Source of the DNA: a virus
Length of the DNA stretch: 64,000 nt
Direction: 5' to 3' (one strand)
IMG/VR virus record: IMGVR_UViG_3300006735_000030
Location: 4,803 to 68,802 of that record
A model generated the notes under the pieces. That model was not told where the DNA came from, searched no databases, and worked only from the letters and a program-made list of their open reading frames with translations. The first letter of the stretch is position 1. Every line of letters starts with the position of its first letter. The position numbers were made by a program, and so were the translations under genes. This document shows positions 49,125 through 58,538 of this stretch, one piece after another.

Positions 49125-49153
49125 AACTTACGAATAAAAATCGTAAAAGTCAA
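49125..49153 (-). promoter_or_regulatory. sigma70-like early promoter
   Basis: AGCTC-TTGACT-17 nt-TAAGTT. Confidence 0.65.
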
Positions 49154-49172
49154 GAGCTATTTTAAACTTTTT

Positions 49173-49277
49173 TTAATGAAATGGAGCTCCATCCAAAGTA
49201 AACATTATAACGGCCCAAATGTATAACATTATAACCAATACTATACTACCAAGTATTTCTTTTATTTTTTCACTCAT
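49173..49277 (-). CDS. Small membrane peptide (34 aa, not in ORF track)
   Basis: GGAG RBS; MSEKIKEILGSIVLVIMLYIWAVIMFTLDGAPFH. Confidence 0.65.
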   Translation of the reverse strand: MSEKIKEILGSIVLVIMLYIWAVIMFTLDGAPFH

Positions 49278-49285
49278 TTTAACTC

Positions 49286-49690
49286 CTATATTATATAGTT
49301 TGGACCAGTCCAATGAAACCAAGTCTGATTGTCATCAAATATTGAACCCCTTGCCCATTTAGCAGGAGCTCTCCAACCAGCGGCTTTAAAGACATCACCT
49401 TTCTTATGTGGTATTCCTTTGTGAACTCCATCAGTTTTAGCGATAAAACCCCAAACAGAACCACCTTGTATAACTTTGTCATATTTTTTACCACTCTTGA
49501 TATCTAAACCTTTATTGAACTCGTCAATCATTTTAAGTCTAATATCTTTTTGTTGTGGTGTTATATCATCCATTGAATTACCACCCCAACTAGCGTAGTC
49601 TTTTTTGATACCATCCATTAATTTACCGATAGCATCATAATAATCTATTGTTGAATTTTTGTCTAACATTGTTGTATCTCCCATTCTCAT
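49286..49690 (-). CDS. Conserved-looking phage hypothetical protein
   Basis: GKKYDKV...SVWGFI...KGDVFKAAGWRAPAK.ARG motif, which I recognise from large phages. Confidence 0.7.
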   Translation of the reverse strand: MRMGDTTMLDKNSTIDYYDAIGKLMDGIKKDYASWGGNSMDDITPQQKDIRLKMIDEFNKGLDIKSGKKYDKVIQGGSVWGFIAKTDGVHKGIPHKKGDVFKAAGWRAPAKWARGSIFDDNQTWFHWTGPNYII

Positions 49691-49698
49691 TTCACTTA

Positions 49699-49727
49699 AA
49701 TATACGAAGAAAAAGGATACAAGTCAA
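49699..49727 (-). promoter_or_regulatory. sigma70-like early promoter
   Basis: AGCTC-TTGACT-17 nt-TATATT. Confidence 0.7.
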
Positions 49728-49735
49728 GAGCTTTT

Positions 49736-50305
49736 TTATATTTTATTGAAGAAAAATGTTTGGAATAATCTTCCAGTGTATTTGTCGAAACCAAAGTATT
49801 CTATACTTGAATGAAACATATTACCAGGATATACTATTGCACGATTGAATACATTACCAACCCTATCTACAATATCCCACTTTGTGTAATCTCTACCATC
49901 TGATAATAACCTTTCACACAAATCTTCATTTTCTGGTTTCTCTGTTATTCCAGTTGTTTTGTGTCTGAATATAGCTGTACCAGTATGTAATGGAGCATCT
50001 GGTGTAAGATAGATAACACAAGCATAATCATTCCAATTGTCATAGTGTATCCAAGATTTTTCCCAAGCTACAGCGTGTTGATAACAACCTTGATAAGAAC
50101 CCTCGTGTGTTGGAAAATCTACATCACCACCCCAATTACCTTTTACTATAGATGTCAACTTTTCTCTAGCTTCATCGTTTATAAGGCTTTCTGTTCTATG
50201 TCCAGGATAATTACCAGTTATATTAAAATCTTGCTTTAGTGCAAAATTTCTTATTTCATTTGGATTATCGTAGAAATCGTCAACAACTACGATTGATTTT
50301 TTCAT
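49736..50305 (-). CDS. 2OG-Fe(II) oxygenase-like protein (DUF6445-like)
   Basis: VVDDFY.NP, NYPG.R, IHYD (HxD), YLTP, FNR, FHS, RLFQ. Confidence 0.78.
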   Translation of the reverse strand: MKKSIVVVDDFYDNPNEIRNFALKQDFNITGNYPGHRTESLINDEAREKLTSIVKGNWGGDVDFPTHEGSYQGCYQHAVAWEKSWIHYDNWNDYACVIYLTPDAPLHTGTAIFRHKTTGITEKPENEDLCERLLSDGRDYTKWDIVDRVGNVFNRAIVYPGNMFHSSIEYFGFDKYTGRLFQTFFFNKI

Positions 50306-50724
50306 AACTTTCTATCTCGTTTCCAAGTTTCTATATCTACTATCGAATAAATTCGTGTAGGTATAACGTTTAAATCATTTTCATTAGTTAATAATAATGA
50401 ATTTCTATACTCATCCCAAGGTATGATAAATTTTTTATCAAGTATACCATTGTTTTTTTGTCTAATGATTGTATTGATTGCATTTATTGTATATAATGTG
50501 TTTGTTTGTTTTTTTCTATGTAAAGAGATTGTATCTCTTGTATCAGCTCCAGCAAAATCATAATCACCCGTAATATTATATGTGGTTATTAATTCATGAT
50601 GGTCGTTTTCATTTGTGAAAACATAAATCTTATTAAATAGTATATCATGGCAAGCAATAATAATATCTATAGTATCATAGAGTTTATTCCTTTTCGTGAA
50701 TGTACATAGTAATTGAGACCTCAT
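50302..50724 (-). CDS. Hypothetical protein
   Basis: 140-aa ORF, HRKKQTNTLYTINA motif; coupled to neighbours. Confidence 0.65.
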   Translation of the reverse strand: MRSQLLCTFTKRNKLYDTIDIIIACHDILFNKIYVFTNENDHHELITTYNITGDYDFAGADTRDTISLHRKKQTNTLYTINAINTIIRQKNNGILDKKFIIPWDEYRNSLLLTNENDLNVIPTRIYSIVDIETWKRDRKL

Positions 50725-52532
50725 TAAACTATCTCACTTAACTTTTCATCAATATCAAATGGCCCTAACACAGCTTGTCCTTCAAAAACAAATGTTATTC
50801 TACTTGAAGAATTAGTACCAGTTCTAATCTTAACATAGAACTTTCCAGTATCTGTGATTTCTTGTAACAAGTAACAAGTTATTACATAATAAGGATTTTT
50901 TGAATGTGGATGTATTTTAGTACCCATTAACTCTATATTAACATCTTCTGCGTCTAATTTCTGTTCTGTTGTTTTAGCTGTACCCAAGTAGGAATAAGCT
51001 TTATCACCAGAAGACATCTTACCATAAACTTTGTATAGTGGTTGGTTTGTAGCACCAAATAACATCTCAGTAACTAAATCTGCTATTATCTTCTTTAATT
51101 GTCCACTCTTACTTGCTAAATCATTTATTGTTTCTAACGTTGCTATATTAGATATTAGAGTTAAAACAACACTTGCACCTGGAACTTTCTCACCACTTGT
51201 TGTAGGTATCTTTTTTGGAGATGTTAACTTTACTATATCACCATAACCCAAGTCACCAAGAGTTTTTATTTTACTTTCGACAACTTTGACTTCTTTAGCT
51301 AAGTTAGAATACGCTTTCGATGGTTTATCGAATATAGCTTTAATTGTAGCTTTGGTATTATCTGTCATCTTTCCTTCTAACAACAAATCACAATCAGCTT
51401 GTGTCCATTCTTTAATTGTATAACCCTTTGTTAATTTATTAATAGTCTTTGGTTTTATCTTTGCACCATCTTTAAATGATTTAGAAAATAGTCCTTTTAA
51501 TGTTGATAAACCTTTATTAACTAAGTTTTTAGCTTTTTTGAAAACAGAAGATACTGTATCTTTTACTTTATCCCAAAGACCCTCGTATATTAAGTTTTCA
51601 ATTTCATTACGTTCTTCTTGTAAGTAATCAGATGCTTCTTGATTAGTCATACCAAGATTGTAAGTACCCCTTATCAATTTAGTAAACTTACCCATTTGTG
51701 AAGCACCAACACCCTTTTTAAGAGAAGTTTGAATGTAAGTTATATCTTTTCCCAGAGATACAGTTCCATCAGTTTCATTCCCTACAATTTCATTGGTATC
51801 GTCTTTTAGAGCTTTTAATAAAGTACTAGCATCTACATTTGATATTATAGCATCTGGTGTAGCCGCTTTAGAACCTACTCTCGTGATACCTCTGTTAATT
51901 TCTGCTTTGTAAAAATCCATAATCTTAGAATGAATAAATTGTGGTGAAGAAAAAGTTACTTTTTCTGATACAAATACTGACATACCCCACGCTAAACCAC
52001 CACAAACGGCGATTGTTTGTAAACCATTTTCATAAAAAACTGGAACACCATCTTCTATCTTTAACTCTGGTAAAACAGTACCTTTTATTATAGAAACTCC
52101 ATTACTATTCCAATCTCCTGGTTTACCCAACCCCTTTATCAATTCTTTTCTAGCATCACTACACAACTTTACTATTTCTTTACATTGTTTTTTAAAATCT
52201 TCTATATCATCTTTTTTGGTGACTTTAATTTTCTTGAATACTTTTGGTGAATCTAATAAATCAATAAATGGTTGAATTGAACCACCAGTAGTTCCTATTA
52301 ATGCGGCGGTTTCCATCATATCTGTATTGTCTGTAGCTTCTTCTCTTTTACCTTCTAATACAACTCTTGGTTTGGTAATTGGTTGAAAACCATCCACTAA
52401 TTCTAAAGGATAACCAAAATCTTTCATAACATCACGTAAAACTGACTTGTGATATCTATTAGTATAAATTGGTTCTCTACCACTCATCCTATCAGACCAC
52501 TCTTTTACTAATTTGTCGTAATTAATTTCCAT
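50724..52532 (-). CDS. Hypothetical protein
   Basis: 602-aa ORF, no motif recognised. Confidence 0.65.
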   Translation of the reverse strand: MEINYDKLVKEWSDRMSGREPIYTNRYHKSVLRDVMKDFGYPLELVDGFQPITKPRVVLEGKREEATDNTDMMETAALIGTTGGSIQPFIDLLDSPKVFKKIKVTKKDDIEDFKKQCKEIVKLCSDARKELIKGLGKPGDWNSNGVSIIKGTVLPELKIEDGVPVFYENGLQTIAVCGGLAWGMSVFVSEKVTFSSPQFIHSKIMDFYKAEINRGITRVGSKAATPDAIISNVDASTLLKALKDDTNEIVGNETDGTVSLGKDITYIQTSLKKGVGASQMGKFTKLIRGTYNLGMTNQEASDYLQEERNEIENLIYEGLWDKVKDTVSSVFKKAKNLVNKGLSTLKGLFSKSFKDGAKIKPKTINKLTKGYTIKEWTQADCDLLLEGKMTDNTKATIKAIFDKPSKAYSNLAKEVKVVESKIKTLGDLGYGDIVKLTSPKKIPTTSGEKVPGASVVLTLISNIATLETINDLASKSGQLKKIIADLVTEMLFGATNQPLYKVYGKMSSGDKAYSYLGTAKTTEQKLDAEDVNIELMGTKIHPHSKNPYYVITCYLLQEITDTGKFYVKIRTGTNSSSRITFVFEGQAVLGPFDIDEKLSEIV

Positions 52533-53823
52533 TAAATTTTCCTGTTATATCATCCATCTCATGATAATTTTTTCCCTTTGCTATCTTGACTGGGTATGTA
52601 CCACCTTGTTCTAATGTCTCCTTTACCATACCAATAAAGTCCAACCCGTCACTAATCTTAAAGTCAAATAGGAAAGAATCATAACTATAGAGAATTAATT
52701 TACTCTTGTACCCTTTTAGTTTGGGAATTAAATCTGAAAGAGCTCTCATATTATTCTCTGTTTCCATTAACTGAATAAGATAATTGAACACTTTATTCTT
52801 ATTCATATCAATTAGATTTTCCCTATATATTTCCTTATTATAAATATCAGATGTAATAAAATTACCACTTTTATACTCTTGCCATTTTTTGTTAATGTAA
52901 CCATCAACTTTCTTAAAGAATGGATTTATATCAATCACTTCTTGTGGTATATGACCATACAAATATTGAAAAGACAACTTCTTACTTTCTTCATAACTAC
53001 ATTTATAAAATTTAGACATATGTTCGTGTACCGAACCATTTGGAAATTTGTAACCAACGATTTTACCAATCAACCTCAAATGGTAAGCATCAAAATCCAT
53101 CTCAACCAACATACCATCTTTGTATCTACTAACAAATTGTTGTCTACTACCATCTTTCTTATTTAGAGCTGCAAAATTGATACCACCAAATCTGTTACTT
53201 GGTCTTCCAGTACTTGTGTATGGATTGTATTCTGAATAAACCAATCCATTATTCTTTGTCATCAAACCAAATTGTTCTATGTATTGTAGATTTTCTAACA
53301 CTTCAAAATTGTACGTATCATAACAATCTTGTTTCTTACCAAATACAACCATAGCTATTTTCTTGACAACTTCCCTACACCACTCAACGTGTTTTAGAAG
53401 TGGTACTACACAATTTATGTTATCAAACTTACGAAAGTATGTGTAAAAATGTTGATGTGAATTTGTAGTAATCTCATCAATTGATAATGGGTCATTTTTA
53501 CGTAAGTAATGTATCATCTGTAAATCAAATACATTATCCCATTTCAAAAAATGTAGTAATACTTTTTTATCGTGTGTATAAACATTCTTTGATGTTCTAA
53601 TCTTGTTGATGTATTTTAAGTCTAAATTTAAAGAATCAGAGTGTCTAAAAGGCAGTACATACTCTTTTGTATCATCATCTAATAATCTAATATATAGAAG
53701 ACACAATTTTGTATCTACTGGATGTTTATTTACATCACATTGAATAGGAACTACAACAGAGTCATGTTTTTTAAACTCTCTTATAAACTTATCCCATTCT
53801 CTACTTGATTCTACTATGACCAA
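52522..53823 (-). CDS. Compact family A DNA polymerase-like protein
   Basis: TSTGRPS, motif A EMDFDAYHLRL, motif B KKLSFQYLYG, motif C YSYDSFLFD. Confidence 0.78.
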   Translation of the reverse strand: MVIVESSREWDKFIREFKKHDSVVVPIQCDVNKHPVDTKLCLLYIRLLDDDTKEYVLPFRHSDSLNLDLKYINKIRTSKNVYTHDKKVLLHFLKWDNVFDLQMIHYLRKNDPLSIDEITTNSHQHFYTYFRKFDNINCVVPLLKHVEWCREVVKKIAMVVFGKKQDCYDTYNFEVLENLQYIEQFGLMTKNNGLVYSEYNPYTSTGRPSNRFGGINFAALNKKDGSRQQFVSRYKDGMLVEMDFDAYHLRLIGKIVGYKFPNGSVHEHMSKFYKCSYEESKKLSFQYLYGHIPQEVIDINPFFKKVDGYINKKWQEYKSGNFITSDIYNKEIYRENLIDMNKNKVFNYLIQLMETENNMRALSDLIPKLKGYKSKLILYSYDSFLFDFKISDGLDFIGMVKETLEQGGTYPVKIAKGKNYHEMDDITGKFNGN

Positions 53824-54512
53824 TTGTGTGCTTCACTCCATAGTTCTGTTGTTTTAGGGTATACTTCTTTCATTTGTTCCAATAACACTTTAGCATATTC
53901 TTGTATTTCCCATTGAGAAGTTTTCTCATTTCTTAACTCTATGAAATTCATAATAGCTTGAAACGATGCTGTCCAATATACTTCGGTGTATTGATTCAAT
54001 GGAAGTATTGCTCTTGCTTGTTCTTTACCAACTCCCATGTCTAATAACTTTTGATATTGTTGGTTAGCATGAAACATAGCAGTTTCCCAATGATGTTTTG
54101 CTACATCTTGTTCCTCAACTGCTCCTTCTGTTGCTTGTTTGTTATCTTCTGATTGTTGTCTGAATACTTCTGGTGTGTAGAAGTCTTCAACTACAACATA
54201 CCTACCACTAATCTCATTCCAAGCATGGTCTTTGGTGGAAGAGTTAGATGTTGTCTCTATTCCAACTACGTGTTTATACCATTGTCTCATTACGAACTCT
54301 GGTGCTTTAATATGAAATTGAACTTGTAAGTGTCTGAATGGGGAGTAGTGTTTGTATTTAGCAAGATAACGAACTAATCGTTCATCTGACTTATCGAACT
54401 TCTCTTTTCTCTTACCGAATGATACACGAGCAGAATTAACCACAGTTAGGTCACTTCCGAGCGAATCTATAACTTCGATAAAACCTTTGTCTAATACTTG
54501 GGATTTTAACAT
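53814..54512 (-). CDS. thyX: FAD-dependent thymidylate synthase
   Basis: NSARVSF, HYSPF, FVMRQW.KH, NEISGRY, EQARAILP, QWEI. Confidence 0.95.
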   Translation of the reverse strand: MLKSQVLDKGFIEVIDSLGSDLTVVNSARVSFGKRKEKFDKSDERLVRYLAKYKHYSPFRHLQVQFHIKAPEFVMRQWYKHVVGIETTSNSSTKDHAWNEISGRYVVVEDFYTPEVFRQQSEDNKQATEGAVEEQDVAKHHWETAMFHANQQYQKLLDMGVGKEQARAILPLNQYTEVYWTASFQAIMNFIELRNEKTSQWEIQEYAKVLLEQMKEVYPKTTELWSEAHNWS

Positions 54513-54540
54513 ATATAACCTTTATTTAAATATAAGTAGT

Positions 54541-55170
54541 TTAGTAAATGTCCATCCTATCAAGCTTTTTTTGCAATTCTATCATTTCTTTATCTTTTTC
54601 TGATGGTTGATACCCGTCTAATAAACCAAGAGTTAATGCTGTTAGATTTTTGAAGTCTCGTTCGGCTTTTTCCAAAACATTAACGTTATGTGTTTTGATA
54701 TCATCTTCTTTACCAGTTATTTTCCATTTAATTTTTATTTTTTTATATGTTGGTGGAACACTCTTAAAAGCTGATGGTTTTATTTCGATTGGAACAGATT
54801 CTTCATTAGCGGCTATTCTAACAAAAGCTCTATCTACAAAACCTTTTTTAGCATCAGTAAGTCTTGTTTTAAAACTAAATGGTTTTGGTGTATAAAAAGG
54901 TGGTACTTTATCTTTAGCTCTTACATACTCTTTATAATCTGTCTCACCTTTCTGTCTCATTATTACTTCTGATTTATTTTCATCAAAGTCTACTTCAGTA
55001 ACATATATTTCTGTACCATCACTTTGATACATAATATGATATGGTATTTCAGGACTTACAAATTCTCCATCAAGATATTTGAAATCATTTACACCAGTTT
55101 TTCCAGCGTAAGTTTCTATTCTATTAGATTTTGTTATTAATTGTTGTATGTATACTGTATCTTCTGGCAT
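54541..55170 (-). CDS. Hypothetical protein of tail/baseplate module
   Basis: 209-aa ORF at end of structural gene run. Confidence 0.55.
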   Translation of the reverse strand: MPEDTVYIQQLITKSNRIETYAGKTGVNDFKYLDGEFVSPEIPYHIMYQSDGTEIYVTEVDFDENKSEVIMRQKGETDYKEYVRAKDKVPPFYTPKPFSFKTRLTDAKKGFVDRAFVRIAANEESVPIEIKPSAFKSVPPTYKKIKIKWKITGKEDDIKTHNVNVLEKAERDFKNLTALTLGLLDGYQPSEKDKEMIELQKKLDRMDIY

Positions 55171-55176
55171 TTTATT

Positions 55177-58100
55177 CTACTTCTGAAGTTTTGTTTGTCC
55201 ATATGGTTGTGGTGGTTCTATATTATTATCCCAAAATTTCTTTCTAACTGAAAATGGTACTGGTTGTTTTGGTGACTCACCAAAGTAAGATGTATTCTTA
55301 CTACCACCAGCTTTTGGTGGTCTCCACTTTGGCATCCTCACATATACATATAAGTCATTTTGTTTATGTGTTCCAGAATATGTGGATTCAAGTGGTAATT
55401 GTTTTTTAACCTTTTTCCCTTTTGGTTTTTGTTTTTCTTTTTGTTTTCTCTTTCTTTCTGCTTCTTTTCTTTTTCTTTCTTGTTCTTGTTTTTTCTTTCT
55501 ATTAGCCGCATCTCTTTCAGCTTTAATTCTTTCGGCTTCTTTTCTCTTCTCTTCCTCTGGGTCAGGGTCTTTTGGTTGTGGTTGTTTTGGCCCTACAAAA
55601 CCATCGTCTGATGGTGGTGATAAAGAACCTGGTGGTAATGGTAAACCTAAAGCTTTCATCTTTTCTGCTTTTGTTAAACTCTTTTCGTAGTTCTCATTTT
55701 GTACTATCTTTATTTTTTGTTCTTCAGATAGTGCAATTGCTTCTGAGTCTGTTGTACTAGCACATCTCATCAAACCTTTTATTCCAGTAACCCAACCATC
55801 AGTTCCTATATTATGTGAAATATCAGTAGCTTGAAAACATACCAAATCATCATACATTTCTGGTAAGTAACTCGTAAGAAAAGCATTACCAGGAACTATA
55901 CCACCAATCCCAGTAACTTCTATATCAATTTCTAATGGAACTAATATGTCTCTTCTTGAGTTACTACTCCCTTCACCAGTAGTTAATATTGATTTCATAA
56001 TCTCTTGATAATTTATAGTACCTTTTGTTTTCAATATACCAAATTGGTTATATATTTTTCTATCATCATCGTCTATTTCGAAGACTGGTTTTTTTTCATC
56101 ACCAAAGGATTGAACTTCCTCTTTTTTACCTTTTGTTTGTAATGCAGTAACAAACACTTTTTCTTTTTCTTGTAGTTCAAAAGCGGCTCTTAGAGCGGCG
56201 TTTTTTGCTTTTACGGCTTCATCTTCTGAATTGTCATCTTCTTTATCTTTTTCTGCTTCTTCTGATGGTTTTATAGCTATTTCTGGACCAGAATCTAAAG
56301 TTAGTTCACCTCTATTTGCATTTGGGTCTTCTGGATTCTCACTACCAAAGTTAAGTCTCTCCCACGCCATTTTCATATCACCAATAGAGTCATCTTTAGT
56401 TTGTCCAGATAATTTACCAAGTCTTATAGCTCCTGGATTACCAGCGGTAGATGGAGCTTCACCACTCGTATTGGCTCCGAACATAGCCGCTGTCTGCATT
56501 GAACTTGGTAGTTTAGCTGTAAGATTGTGTGTTTTTACAATACTTCTTTCATTCATTACATTGAATATGTATAATAATCCATCAACTTTACTACCATCAT
56601 AAGTACTTGGGCTTTCAATTAAATCTTTAACACTCTGGTGTGTATAATGTTCATCAATGACACTACATCTACCATCTTTACCAGTATTACTTGTGGTGAT
56701 TTTTAAATTCCAAATACCATATCGTGCATTTAATTTGTTAAAAATATTGGTCATTCCAGCTTCTATTGTTAAAACATCTTTGAAAGCTTGTTTTATCACA
56801 TCAAAGTGAATTAGAATATTTCTTAGTCTACCTTTATTTGCATCTCCTGGGGCTGCAAAATCTGGAAAGACATCTTTTCTTTCAACCAACATATTATAAA
56901 ATTTCAATACTTTTTCACTATCACCGCCCCAATCATCGTCTCCATTAGCAGTTAATGGCCATTGTCCAGGAAAAATAAACTCTGAAATATCTGCAGTAAC
57001 TAAACTTTCATGGTTTGATATTAAAACAGATTCAAAGTCATCTAATTGTGGTATACCATCTTTCATCTTTGGTATTATACTTCTAAAATCAGAAAATACC
57101 CTTTCCTCTGGATTTGAACCACCACTTGTATTAATTTTTCCTAAGAACTTACTTATGATATTGTCTTCCATCCAACCCCAAGTTATGTAAGGGCCAAATT
57201 GAGTATCACCATACCACTTTTGAACTTCAAACGCTACCAAACCATTTGGTTGTTCTCCTGGTGGTAGAAAAGAATTACCAAACCATTTGCCAGAAGAACA
57301 TAAAGCTTGTATTTCTTTTTCTAATTGATTTATGAACTCTGGTAAAGTTGGTATAGTTCGAGACTTTGGTGTTTCTTCATCACTTTCATCGGAAGAATGT
57401 TTTGAAGCAGTACTTCCTTTTATTTCTTGACCCAAAGTATTTACACCCAAAGAAGTTATTTCTGTTGTACAATCAAAACCACCATCTTCACGAGTTTTCC
57501 ACTCAAAGTTTTTAATCAAACCAGCCATAGCGTCGTACTTACCTTTTAGTGACCATATCTGTTCTTGTATTTGTTTATACGCGTCACCATTAGATATTGC
57601 GTCTATATCCATAAATCTAATATCTGATAAATCTTTTAGTGATGAGAATCCCCATTCCAAAACTACTGGTTTACCATGAGCTAAAAAATGTGGTGTTAAT
57701 CTTGATATGTCTTCAAATGAAAAACAAGTCCAACTAATTGTAGCGTTTCTTATAGCTTTCATTGAACCAGCAAATTCTACACTAATAGAAGTCACACCTG
57801 GTAATGGTCTATATCTATCAGCTAACTTACCATCTCTTGTATTGGTAGCATTTAAAGTATCCCATCTTCCCATGTCGTACATATCTCTAAAACCATCTGC
57901 GTTAACAAAGTTTCCATTGTCATCTTTTGCTAACTCACCACCCATTATAGAAACAAATTTCATACCACCATTTCTATTTCTAACAAAAACTGGTTTCTTT
58001 TTATTTTCATCTGAATAAACTAACTTTCCCTCTTCATCTTTTTTCTGTACCAAAGTACTATCTACTGGAGAAAACATTCTAATGAATGTAGATTTAGCAT

Positions 58101-58227
58101 AAATGTCTTTTATTTTTTGACCAACACCCGCTTGTGGTGTATTTGGCGAAATATCCCTAACCATTGCATTCTCAATTTCATGCAACGTTTTTCTAACGTC
58201 TGGATGTATTTCTGATAAGTTTAACAA
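55177..58227 (-). CDS. Putative baseplate hub / tail-associated protein
   Basis: RPLPGVTSI, LEWG, GLIKNFEW...GGFDC, GIGGIVPGNAF...SHNI...W.T; follows LysM-like wedge gene. Confidence 0.55.
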   Translation of the reverse strand: MLNLSEIHPDVRKTLHEIENAMVRDISPNTPQAGVGQKIKDIYAKSTFIRMFSPVDSTLVQKKDEEGKLVYSDENKKKPVFVRNRNGGMKFVSIMGGELAKDDNGNFVNADGFRDMYDMGRWDTLNATNTRDGKLADRYRPLPGVTSISVEFAGSMKAIRNATISWTCFSFEDISRLTPHFLAHGKPVVLEWGFSSLKDLSDIRFMDIDAISNGDAYKQIQEQIWSLKGKYDAMAGLIKNFEWKTREDGGFDCTTEITSLGVNTLGQEIKGSTASKHSSDESDEETPKSRTIPTLPEFINQLEKEIQALCSSGKWFGNSFLPPGEQPNGLVAFEVQKWYGDTQFGPYITWGWMEDNIISKFLGKINTSGGSNPEERVFSDFRSIIPKMKDGIPQLDDFESVLISNHESLVTADISEFIFPGQWPLTANGDDDWGGDSEKVLKFYNMLVERKDVFPDFAAPGDANKGRLRNILIHFDVIKQAFKDVLTIEAGMTNIFNKLNARYGIWNLKITTSNTGKDGRCSVIDEHYTHQSVKDLIESPSTYDGSKVDGLLYIFNVMNERSIVKTHNLTAKLPSSMQTAAMFGANTSGEAPSTAGNPGAIRLGKLSGQTKDDSIGDMKMAWERLNFGSENPEDPNANRGELTLDSGPEIAIKPSEEAEKDKEDDNSEDEAVKAKNAALRAAFELQEKEKVFVTALQTKGKKEEVQSFGDEKKPVFEIDDDDRKIYNQFGILKTKGTINYQEIMKSILTTGEGSSNSRRDILVPLEIDIEVTGIGGIVPGNAFLTSYLPEMYDDLVCFQATDISHNIGTDGWVTGIKGLMRCASTTDSEAIALSEEQKIKIVQNENYEKSLTKAEKMKALGLPLPPGSLSPPSDDGFVGPKQPQPKDPDPEEEKRKEAERIKAERDAANRKKKQEQERKRKEAERKRKQKEKQKPKGKKVKKQLPLESTYSGTHKQNDLYVYVRMPKWRPPKAGGSKNTSYFGESPKQPVPFSVRKKFWDNNIEPPQPYGQTKLQK

Positions 58228-58238
58228 CTTACAACCCT

Positions 58239-58538
58239 CTATCGTTTAGTATTGATTCTTTTAAATTCGTCTAATATGACACTTATATTTCTTGGTATAC
58301 GAATCCTATCACCTGGTTTTGGTCTTGATTCATGTGAGTAACCATTGGCTTTTGCTAAAATCCACCACAATGTTGAATCTTGATAGTATTTATACGCTAA
58401 CCAATCAAATCTTTCAAAGTCACGAGCAAAATGAAATGTATCTGTATCTTGAATTGGAATCTCTGGGAACAATGTTATACCAAATGAACGTTTTCCATTT
58501 TTGTCTATTTTTTCTTTACTATATTTGTATCTTTCCAT
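58239..58538 (-). CDS. LysM-like baseplate wedge / tail X protein
   Basis: ERFDWLAYKYYQDSTLWWILAKAN...PGDRIRIP. Confidence 0.8.
   Translation of the reverse strand: MERYKYSKEKIDKNGKRSFGITLFPEIPIQDTDTFHFARDFERFDWLAYKYYQDSTLWWILAKANGYSHESRPKPGDRIRIPRNISVILDEFKRINTKR

Noticed and set aside
55380-55640. Low-complexity T/C-rich stretch as a repeat element
   Set aside because: Explained by the Lys/Glu/Pro-rich C-terminal linker of the 1016-aa tail protein
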